The notes: generated by a model not told the origin, from the sequence alone. Positions 21,887 through 29,099 are shown, numbered from the stretch's first letter. The stretch: DNA of 32,000 nucleotides from Dechloromonas sp. ZS-1 (GCF_039649255.1 NZ_JBDIYD010000003.1:203900-235899); one strand, 5' to 3'. Program-made: numbers and translations.

Positions 21887-21897
21887 ATTATGTTTTC
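21887..21897 (-). promoter_or_regulatory. conserved GAAAACATAAT element (putative -10 region) upstream of small recombinase 1
   Basis: The identical 11-mer lies exactly 39 nt upstream of the ATG of both small recombinase genes (also at 31394..31404). Confidence 0.4.
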
Positions 21898-22160
21898 GTA
21901 TCGGCAACTTTCCTACCCCACTTTTTCGTTTCGCTCGACCATTAAAAATCAATGACTTAGCGCCACTGATAATATTTTGTGCAAAACATGCTCAGTCGTA
22001 TTTAGCCCGAAACGTGTGGCAAATCTGCCACTGCGATCGGGTCCGCGGCGAAAAACGCCCTGCTAAAGGCTCGTGCGGACACAGTCTGACATGGGTAACT
22101 GAACTTGGGCGAAAAGCGGGGGTTGGTCTTGCGGTGTGCGCCACAATGGGGAGTAAAGGT

Positions 22161-22181
22161 TTTATTACTTCAAGCAATAAA
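22161..22181. repeat. 21-bp near-palindrome TTTATTA-CTTCAAG-CAATAAA
   Basis: Degenerate copy of the perfect palindrome at 23527..23547. It lies 33 nt downstream of the 424-aa ORF. Confidence 0.7.
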
Positions 22182-22213
22182 ATGCAGCCCAGCACTCCCT
22201 ATATGTCGGATAA

Positions 22214-23488
22214 TTAACTCTTGGACTGTGCCGCCTTCTTGGCGCCCGACTTAGATTTTCTGGCTTTTTCAGCTGCTTTTTCGGCTCGCTTACGGTCTGC
22301 AACTATTTTCCCCTGGAATTCGGCGTTAGCCTTGGCAATGCGTGCCTCGCACTTGGCCTTGTTCTCTGCAGCTTTCTTTACTGCCTCGTATCGTTTAAGC
22401 AGCTGCTTGCTTTTTTTATCGGCCAAGTGGCGCTCCTCATCACGCCTGATATCGAACCACGGTTTGTGGCCTGCACGCTTGGCACTCTCGGTGATGTAAT
22501 CGAAAATCAGCCGCTCCAGTTGCTCCGTGACCGGGATCTGCAGCTGCAGTTCGAGTTGATCGAGTGGATCCTTGTGGGCCAGCACGAGGCAATAGCCCCT
22601 GTCATCGTTGCTGAACCGATGGCGGTTGCTGGAATCGAGCTGCACCCGGGCCACAACCGGTAAGCGCCAAAGCATCTGGTAGCTGGCCGCACGATCTGCT
22701 TGTTTGCCATCCGTGTGCAAAACGCCTGCATCAGCCTTGGCAACCTTTGCAAATGCATGGCGAATTTTCTCCAACCCGCCCATCTCGTCGACGAAGGCTT
22801 GGAAGCTCTTAGGCTCGATCTCGTAGTTGTATGCCAGCACAAAGGAGCGCGAATAACTCAGCAGGGTCTTGTCCTTGGCATCCTTGAACAAGAACTTCAG
22901 CAGCACCGTCGCCGTTGGTGTGTCGTAGTGGGTCGTCACCCCATCGATGGTCTTCAGCACGCTCCTCAACTCGTCAAACACGCTGAGCGCTTGCTCTGAG
23001 TTGCAGATGGCACGGTAAAGAGCGTAGGCGTCTGCGAGGATGGTGAAGAGTTTTTTACGGGTCTGCGTTTCGAAGGCCCGCACCCGCTGACGCAGCACCT
23101 TGGCGGAGGTCATGAGCTGCCAGCGATCAGCCAGCTCATGAAGCTCTCGCTGGGACAGCCTCACCCCTTCCTTGAACCTGTCGCACTCCGGATACTGATG
23201 CGCCAGTTCGCTTTGCACCAAGATCGGCTTCCCTTGCTGCTCGCGCATGCGGATATAGGCGGCGTCAGCTTCGGCATCGAGCTTTGCCTGTGCCTCGGCG
23301 GCTGCTTGTTTGGCAGCTGCCCGCTTATCAGCATCGACATACCACTGTTTCTGCTCGCGGAACATCCGCTCCCGATCCATTGGCGGCCTACCTGTTCGCT
23401 CAAACAGCCCTGCAAAACTGGCGATCTTGGCATCGACCTGTCGGTAGATTTCCTCGTCCGAGGGGATGTAGGTGGCATCTGCAGACAT
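22214..23488 (-). CDS. hypothetical protein with Lys/Ala/Glu-rich termini; distant paralog of 29100..29879
   Basis: 424-aa ORF. The central region aligns by eye with the 259-aa protein of module B: LFTILADAYALY/LYAILAECYAF, YDTPTATVLLKFLF/KDTPLMTRIVRAVF, FVDEMGGLEKIRHA/WIEQEGGVQEIRMS, YCLVLAH/CVLLATQ. Confidence 0.7.
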   Translation of the reverse strand: MSADATYIPSDEEIYRQVDAKIASFAGLFERTGRPPMDRERMFREQKQWYVDADKRAAAKQAAAEAQAKLDAEADAAYIRMREQQGKPILVQSELAHQYPECDRFKEGVRLSQRELHELADRWQLMTSAKVLRQRVRAFETQTRKKLFTILADAYALYRAICNSEQALSVFDELRSVLKTIDGVTTHYDTPTATVLLKFLFKDAKDKTLLSYSRSFVLAYNYEIEPKSFQAFVDEMGGLEKIRHAFAKVAKADAGVLHTDGKQADRAASYQMLWRLPVVARVQLDSSNRHRFSNDDRGYCLVLAHKDPLDQLELQLQIPVTEQLERLIFDYITESAKRAGHKPWFDIRRDEERHLADKKSKQLLKRYEAVKKAAENKAKCEARIAKANAEFQGKIVADRKRAEKAAEKARKSKSGAKKAAQSKS

Positions 23489-23526
23489 AACGGCGGTATC
23501 TCAGTATCCTGGATAAAGGCCACCAG

Positions 23527-23547
23527 TTTATTGCTTAAAGCAATAAA
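23527..23547. repeat. perfect 21-bp palindrome TTTATTGCTT-A-AAGCAATAAA
   Basis: Lies 39 nt upstream of the 424-aa ORF start, so it is operator-like. Confidence 0.8.
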
Positions 23548-23708
23548 TTCGCCAGCACTGCCGTCCGTGATCTCGATGCCCTATGTGACACTTGTGCTGA
23601 TTGTTACTGGCACTGCACATGATCGCCCTTCGAGCGATCAACTCGTTGTCGTTGCCGTCGCTCACTGCCGTTCGTGACACAACGCCATCTCGTATTTTGA
23701 ATGAAGAA

Positions 23709-23740
23709 GCTCAATCGAAGATTGAGTGCTTTTTGATTTT
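23709..23740 (+). terminator. possible Rho-independent terminator inside a 0.8-kb non-coding stretch
   Basis: CTCAATC-GAA-GATTGAG followed by TGCTTTTTGATTTT. No upstream plus-strand ORF is present. Confidence 0.4.
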
Positions 23741-24303
23741 GTTAGATTCGGATTGCTCGGTCTGACCATGCCCAGTGTAGGGCATCGTGGTCCTGTTATT
23801 TTGTTGAGTTCCTCAAAACTCGGGCTATCACACAGCTTGCTCACGCAAGCGAAGGCAGGTTCTGCGATCATCCTTCATTACGTGCTGTCCTTACGCAGAT
23901 CGTTGCAGCCATAGCCAAGCACACCAACGACCTTGTGGGTTTACGTCGTCCCCACTCACTTTTTTCACGCATCGCTGCGCTACCAACCACGACAACATCG
24001 CAAACGGAACTGCCACAGAGGGGCGTCGTTTCAGGCATCCAGCCATCAGCTGGGTAGTGCGATGAGGCGAACAGCAAGAAGTTCGTTTGCTTACCGTCAC
24101 ACATCAGAACGGATTTCGCGGCACAGTAACAGTCGGCGTGCCAACCTTCGCCTTGCTTGTATGTTTTTATTTATGCAGGCTGATATGAAAAGCCGTGAAA
24201 TCCGGCGAAAAGCCATTCAAATCCCATGCTTCTCTCGGTTGCCCATGCGCCGAGGCCGACCATACAGTTGTTCTACCCGGTAACGACAGCCAAGGACAAC
24301 GCA

Positions 24304-24744
24304 ATGAGCACCCTTTCCAATCTCAAGTTGATTACCAGCAAACGCCAAGCCTCGGGCGGTGCCGTGGCCCATCGGCGTGGCAAGCTGGCAGAAAAGATCG
24401 ACGAGCAGATCGCACTGATCACCGCGCAGCAAGAGGGCCGCGTCTACGCCCCAAAGAAGACCAAGATCATCGTGAACAAGGCCACTGGTCAACGCGGCAG
24501 CATCGAGGTTATCAAGCGGGTCAAGGAATGGTTTTGGTACGGCGAAGGCGGCAAGATCCATCTCAACATCCGCTACGGCAGCAAGATCATCGAACTGGCC
24601 AAGGGGAAAAATGCCATCGAGGTAGCCGACACCAAGGAACTGCTGGATACCCTGGCCTTGATTCGAACGGCGGTCATGGCTGGCGAGTTGGACAGCCAGA
24701 TTGAAGCCACCAGCGAAAAACTTCGTGCCGTATTCACCAGGTAG
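24304..24744 (+). CDS. hypothetical protein
   Basis: Start at MSTLSNLK (ATG 24304, AAGGA 9 nt upstream). The sequence is plausible and globular (KRVKEWFWYGEGGKIHLNIRYGSKIIELAKGKNAIEV). I recognise no family. Confidence 0.6.
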   Translation: MSTLSNLKLITSKRQASGGAVAHRRGKLAEKIDEQIALITAQQEGRVYAPKKTKIIVNKATGQRGSIEVIKRVKEWFWYGEGGKIHLNIRYGSKIIELAKGKNAIEVADTKELLDTLALIRTAVMAGELDSQIEATSEKLRAVFTR

Positions 24745-24778
24745 CCCAAAAAGGATAACTACAACAAAGGGAGAGACC

Positions 24779-25138
24779 ATGCGGCTATTTGAATTTACCA
24801 ACGCGGAAGAACAACTGGCGCTGCTGCGAACCATCATTGACAACACATGGCGGGCCATCGAGCAACAGGCCCAGCAACAAAGGCAGGCCGCCAGTGAGAC
24901 AAAGACAAAAACTGCATCGAAACCCCGTAAGGGCAAAGGTAGCAAAGAAGCAAAGTCAATCACACCGCCGCGCAGCCGGTCTGCTCCACCACCGTCTCCT
25001 GCTCAGCCTGTTAAAAATTTGCCGACCAACACGAAGCCCATATCGCCGCCTCAGCGTAATCGCGTTGGCAACATCAAGCCTTTTGGCGCGAAAACGCAGT
25101 TTTCCGGCGCTGATCAGGCTGCAGCAAGCCATCGATGA
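24779..25138 (+). CDS. hypothetical protein with a Pro/Ser/Lys-rich low-complexity tail
   Basis: Start at MRLFEFTNAEEQ (ATG 24779, GGGAGAG RBS). The N-terminal 40 aa look helical and the rest is low complexity. Confidence 0.5.
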   Translation: MRLFEFTNAEEQLALLRTIIDNTWRAIEQQAQQQRQAASETKTKTASKPRKGKGSKEAKSITPPRSRSAPPPSPAQPVKNLPTNTKPISPPQRNRVGNIKPFGAKTQFSGADQAAASHR

Positions 25139-25210
25139 AGTGGCGATGTGGAAGACGCCAAAAATGGTCTGTGCCCGGCAATCTGTGTCGCGCAGTTTTT
25201 TCGGGTGAGC

Positions 25211-25237
25211 TACTTAAGTTTTCTGCCTGGTGATTTT
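25211..25237 (+). repeat. 27-nt conserved box upstream of the integrase (25/27 identical to 31950..31976)
   Basis: TACTTAAGTTTTCTGCCTGGTGATTTT versus TACTTACGCTTTCTGCCTGGTGATTTT. Weaker similarity extends about 20 nt further upstream. Confidence 0.85.
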
Positions 25238-25258
25238 TGACCATACCCCCTGCCCTGC

Positions 25259-25279
25259 AGCGTCATTTTTATTGACGCT
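25259..25279. repeat. 21-bp palindromic site AGCGTCA-N7-TGACGCT (copy 2)
   Basis: AGCGTCAtttttatTGACGCT lies 22 nt upstream of the integrase ATG. Confidence 0.8.
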
Positions 25280-25300
25280 TGACCAGCACTGCCAAGGATC

Positions 25301-26587
25301 ATGACACGCAAGACCCCACACACAGCGCCGACTGCCACCTACCAGCAGGTGTTCGAGCAGTGGCAACGTTCATCGACCAAGCGTCGTATGACCACCGTTG
25401 TGGACTATCAGAAAGTTTTCGATGCGTTTGCCAGCTTTGTCCAGCACAAGGACTTGGCAAGCATCGAGAGGAAAGATGTGCTGGCCTTCCGCGATCACTT
25501 GCTGACGCTGGGGCAAAGTGCCGTAACCGCTAATCATAAGGTGGGCATTCTCAAGGGCATTTTCAGGGTCGCTGTGGAATACGAACAGATCCCCAACAAT
25601 CCCGTAGCCGATGTGCGTTCGATAGGCACGCAGCGGCAAAAAGCTCGTGTGGCCTTTAGCGCCGATGATCTCAATCGACTATTTCAGTCGGAGGTGTTCA
25701 CTGCTGGCCTGCGTCCCAAAGGTGGTGGCCGAGATGCGGCTTACTGGCTACCGTTACTGGCACTATTTACTGGGGCGCGAGTTGAGGAGTTGGCGCAGCT
25801 GTTGGTTTCCGATGTCAGGCACGAAGAGGGACTGGGGCACTATCTCAATATCACCGACGAAGCTGCACATGCTCAACTGAAAAACGCAGCGTCCCGTCGT
25901 CGCATTCCGCTACACACCGCTGTGCTCGATTGTGGTTTTCTGGAGTATCTGGCTCGATGCAAGCGCCCCGGATTGCTGTTTCCTGATCTGCGCGCGAACT
26001 CACGCCGCAAGTTGGGGGGCTACTTCAGCACGTGGTTTTCAATTTATCTGCGGCAGAAAATGGGCATCCACGATGCTCGTAAAGTCTTCCATTCGTTTCG
26101 CCATACCTTCAAAGATGCCTGCCGAGCCGTGGGCATCGAAGAGGAAGTGCATGATGCGCTGACCGGCCATACGGGTAATTCAGTCAGCCGGCGCTATGGC
26201 AACGATCAGTATCCGTTAGAACCGCTGTTCGAGGCCATAAATCGGCTTGAGTTTGCAGGGCTTGATCTCAGCCATCTTTACACCCGGCCGGTATCGCAGA
26301 AACTGTCGATGAATGAGCTCAGGATGATTTCGGCCTATCACGGCATCATCGTGGCTTTTCCTACGCCCAAAACCAGGCGTAGCAGTCAGCCCTTCGTGCT
26401 GGCAATGTGCGATGGGCTCCAAGCTGGTTTCGATATCGCTGCCAACAAACCCATCTTCGGCGAGTTACCGCGCAACAAGCAGATGCTGGTCAATGCGTGG
26501 GTGGAAATACACAAGGAAGAACTGGTGGCCAACTGGCACGCTGGGCAGATCACGGGCGAGTTTTTTAAACTGGACCCGCTACGCTGA
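25301..26587 (+). CDS. tyrosine integrase (phage integrase family) with a C-terminal DUF4160-like extension
   Basis: N-terminal SAM-like/core-binding region, then a catalytic domain with R (TGARVEE), H-x-x-R (HSFRHTF), H (TGH) and Y (RRYG). The last roughly 90 aa (ISAYHGIIVAF..GELPRNKQMLVNAWVEIHKEELVANW..KLDPL) resemble DUF4160. Confidence 0.9.
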   Translation: MTRKTPHTAPTATYQQVFEQWQRSSTKRRMTTVVDYQKVFDAFASFVQHKDLASIERKDVLAFRDHLLTLGQSAVTANHKVGILKGIFRVAVEYEQIPNNPVADVRSIGTQRQKARVAFSADDLNRLFQSEVFTAGLRPKGGGRDAAYWLPLLALFTGARVEELAQLLVSDVRHEEGLGHYLNITDEAAHAQLKNAASRRRIPLHTAVLDCGFLEYLARCKRPGLLFPDLRANSRRKLGGYFSTWFSIYLRQKMGIHDARKVFHSFRHTFKDACRAVGIEEEVHDALTGHTGNSVSRRYGNDQYPLEPLFEAINRLEFAGLDLSHLYTRPVSQKLSMNELRMISAYHGIIVAFPTPKTRRSSQPFVLAMCDGLQAGFDIAANKPIFGELPRNKQMLVNAWVEIHKEELVANWHAGQITGEFFKLDPLR

Positions 26588-26607
26588 ATGTCGTTCAAAA
26601 CGACAAA
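26587..26607 (-). repeat. 21-bp site AATGTCG-TTCAAAA-CGACAAA (family TGTCG-TTTTGAA-CGACA, inverted spacer)
   Basis: Overlaps the last base of the integrase stop codon. The spacer is the reverse complement of that in sites at 29817, 29916 and 30764. Confidence 0.75.
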
Positions 26608-26746
26608 CTGCGGGCAGCGTGATACAGGCGGGCGGCGCAAACTTGCAACAGGCCCCCTACAAACGCTGATCGCTTGAGGCCAAAGGCTCGGGCTGCTGGG
26701 CTGGGCTAAAAAGGCGCTATAGACGGCTGCAGGTGCTGATTTGCTT

Positions 26747-26767
26747 GATGTCGTTTTAAACGACACT
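26747..26767 (+). repeat. 21-bp site GATGTCG-TTTTAAA-CGACACT (same family, variant spacer)
   Basis: Read directly. It lies 160 bp from the previous copy, and the two flank a GC-rich 140-bp spacer. Confidence 0.7.
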
Positions 26768-26786
26768 TTTTCAACAGCACCATAGC

Positions 26787-26820
26787 AAACAGCCACCCGA
26801 AGGTGGCTGTTTTGGTTTCT
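26787..26820. terminator. terminator hairpin between the integrase and porin 2 (homologous to the porin 1 terminator)
   Basis: AAACAGCCACC-CGAA-GGTGGCTGTTT followed by TGGTTT. Position and loop match the hairpin 3' of porin 1. Confidence 0.55.
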
Positions 26821-26836
26821 AACTAAGTCTTAACTT

Positions 26837-26869
26837 AGATTAGAAGGAGTGACGCAGGCCAACCATGTA
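26837..26869. repeat. 33-nt tract identical to 19800..19832
   Basis: Same sequence at the 3' end of porin 2. Confidence 0.9.
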
Positions 26870-27994
26870 ACCGGTGTAGTTAGCACCAGCAGCATCAACG
26901 GTAGCAGCACCTTGGTTAACCGGGTTCAGGTAGAAATTGGTGTTCATTTCGTCCTGATTGGCCAGACGGCTGTAACGAGCATGCAGCATGGTGCGCTTGG
27001 ACAGCTCGTAGGAGTAAACAGCAGTCCACATGCTAACCTTGGTTTGGTCTGCGGTACCAGCATCGGTCTTGATCTTGCCGCTTTGTGCATATTCAACACC
27101 AACGGTGTTCTTGCCGAAGGACTGAGCAACACCCAGCGAGAAAGCATTACGCTTGATGAAGCCATCACCGCTAACCTTGGTATTGTCGTACAGAGCGGTC
27201 AGCTTGGTAGCGGTCGGCAGGGTGTAAACAGCGGCGAGACGAATAACGCGAGCGTCAACACCGTCGGCGGCAGCAGTAACCGGAGTCGCTTGGAAGGAGT
27301 TGTAACCCAGTTGCGGTTCTTTAGCCTTGTGGTAGCCAGCACCAACAAACAGCGGGCCATTATCGTACTGGGCAGCAACTTGATATGCGCGAGTATTCAC
27401 GTTTGCGTCAGCAGTTGCAGACGCAGCAGCATTGGTCTTTTGCTCACCATTGATATAAGCAACGGTACCCGAGAAACCGCCGAAGGACGGGGAAACGTAG
27501 GCCACTGCATTATTTGCACGGTTATCAGCACCAGTGTGCAGACCAGCAATAGTACCCGTAACGGAAGCCATCGTACCGAAACCAGCAGCAGCCGGGGTCA
27601 ATTCAACTTTGGCACCGAAAGCACGCAGCGGGTGAGTCAGGTTACCTGCGACAACAGTACCGAAACCACCGGTCAAACCAATATAAGCATCGCGGGTACC
27701 GTAGGTGTTGGTGGTGCCAATCACGCCAGTATCAGCAGCAAAACCAACTTCATACGTGAACAGTGCCTTCAGGCCATTGCCCAGATCTTCAACACCTTTG
27801 AAGCCGATGTGGGAAGAGTTGTTGTCCAGACGACCAACGGTGCCCTGTTCGGTGTTAGCAACGGAAGAGCCAGAGGACTTAACAAAAGCCTGACCCAGAT
27901 CAACTGCACCGTAAACGGTAACGTTGGATTGGGCGAAAGCGGCGGAAGAGGCAGCAGCAGCAACGGCCAGAGCAATAATCTTCTTCAGCAGCAC
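26840..27994 (-). CDS. Gram-negative porin, paralog 2 (intact)
   Basis: 384 aa with signal peptide MLLKKIIALAVAAAASSAAFA and C-terminal GYMVGLRHSF. It has a GTG start with no obvious Shine-Dalgarno. Confidence 0.9.
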   Translation of the reverse strand: MLLKKIIALAVAAAASSAAFAQSNVTVYGAVDLGQAFVKSSGSSVANTEQGTVGRLDNNSSHIGFKGVEDLGNGLKALFTYEVGFAADTGVIGTTNTYGTRDAYIGLTGGFGTVVAGNLTHPLRAFGAKVELTPAAAGFGTMASVTGTIAGLHTGADNRANNAVAYVSPSFGGFSGTVAYINGEQKTNAAASATADANVNTRAYQVAAQYDNGPLFVGAGYHKAKEPQLGYNSFQATPVTAAADGVDARVIRLAAVYTLPTATKLTALYDNTKVSGDGFIKRNAFSLGVAQSFGKNTVGVEYAQSGKIKTDAGTADQTKVSMWTAVYSYELSKRTMLHARYSRLANQDEMNTNFYLNPVNQGAATVDAAGANYTGYMVGLRHSF

Positions 27995-28366
27995 AAATCT
28001 GCTTTTAGGTTAGCAAATATTTTTCCTTTTAATAACAATTGACTAAATTAATTTCCGTTTGGTTTTTCTGCCAAAACATTACATTCCAAACGAATTTTTA
28101 TACCAATTTTTATGCTAAACGACTGCAAATTTCGGTATAAAAGGCTGAGCTTTTTTCGCCATTCACATAAAACGCTCAGTTTTAACTTGCCATCAAGCCA
28201 GAAAGACCAAATAAAAACCGAAGGCAACAACGGCGGCGCAATGGAATAAAATGCTTTGTTCTAAAGCGCCCTATCGGCTTTACCGCGCAAAATGGCCTTT
28301 TACATTTTTTTTGGGATGCAAAGATGCCCGCACGAAGCGGGCTATCTTTAGCAGCGCAGCTACTGA

Positions 28367-29023
28367 TCAGCGCAACTGACGTAACCCGGCACGCATTACA
28401 TTGTGCGCAACATTACGCACCGAGCCATTACAGCCGGCAATGATGGCTTGTAGTTGCGTGTCGTCTAAAACGACGTTGAGTTGAGCACAGATTTTTTGTG
28501 CGAATGGCATTAACTGCTCAGTTTTCGCCGCGTTCATTTCAACGAGCACGCACCGATCGAGTAGGCCACGCTCGATAGCCGAAATATGATTAGTGGTTAA
28601 AACGAAGATTGCTCGGTTCGTGTTCATTGCCGACTTCAGACTTTGCTGGGCCAACTTTGTTAAGTTATCGACCTCGTCGAGTATGAAGTAATGAAGGCTG
28701 CTGCTGTTAAGGGATAACACACTAAGCTGCTTTTTGATCAGCTCCATAACTTGCGGCCCAGTAAAGCCTTGCTGGCACCCAATGAACTCGGGTTGCATAA
28801 CCAAATCGTCATTATATTTAATCTGTTCAATAGCCTCTGGCAGCAGATTTGCCAGTGCTGTTTTTCCTGTTCCCCATACGCCATACAACAGGATGCCGCT
28901 CTTACCAAAAGCGGGCAATGGCTCCTCGCCGCTGATAATGTCGCAGATACGCTGCTTGGATTCGTCGTTTCCAAAGACAATATCGGCAACAGAGGTTGGC
29001 TGAAGATTATTGATATCAAACAT
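28367..29023 (-). CDS. AAA+ ATPase, RFC/clamp-loader-like, short form (218 aa)
   Basis: Walker A GVWGTGKT, Walker B FILDEVD, sensor-1 VLTTN, SRC-like DRC (LLDRCVLVEM) and sensor-2-like GSVRN. It lacks the C-terminal collar domain of clamp-loader subunits. Confidence 0.8.
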   Translation of the reverse strand: MFDINNLQPTSVADIVFGNDESKQRICDIISGEEPLPAFGKSGILLYGVWGTGKTALANLLPEAIEQIKYNDDLVMQPEFIGCQQGFTGPQVMELIKKQLSVLSLNSSSLHYFILDEVDNLTKLAQQSLKSAMNTNRAIFVLTTNHISAIERGLLDRCVLVEMNAAKTEQLMPFAQKICAQLNVVLDDTQLQAIIAGCNGSVRNVAHNVMRAGLRQLR

Positions 29024-29099
29024 AGTAATTTTCCTTTTAAAAGTGATTTCATTTGCACGGGCAGCAGCAGCTAAACTGCTGCCCGTTGCTATTTCGTTG

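Larger units (their letters stand above)
20940..26836. mobile_element. accessory module A (integrase-bearing island between the two porin genes)
   Basis: G+C is visibly lower than the core. It holds two tyrosine recombinase genes, orphan genes and several palindromic sites. Boundaries are approximate. Under the tandem-integration model the unit would be 19800..26836 and include porin 1. Confidence 0.55.

Noticed and set aside
23662-24283. Short ORFs 23662..23871(-), 23868..24104(-) and 23933..24283(+) in the module A non-coding stretch.
   Set aside because: They have no RBS, are Cys/Arg/Ser-rich, and overlap one another. I treat the region as non-coding.
24226-24778. Longer ORF-track starts at 24226 and 24701 for the two small plus-strand genes. 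The same issue applies to the 5' extensions at 1062, 4734, 6147, 8258, 11415, 13769, 21952 and 31899.
   Set aside because: In most cases the internal start matches the beginning of the conserved domain, and most have a Shine-Dalgarno sequence. The upstream extensions are compositionally odd or collide with neighbouring genes.
26386-26796. 136-aa (-) ORF spanning the integrase 3' end and the following spacer.
   Set aside because: It is antisense to the well-supported integrase, and its translation is Ser/Pro/Ala-rich with no motifs.
28457-28477. Degenerate copy CGTGTCG-TCTAAAA-CGACGTT of the 21-bp site inside the AAA+ gene.
   Set aside because: The spacer differs and the site lies in coding sequence (VVLDD), so it may be fortuitous. 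It is mentioned but not counted as a confident site.
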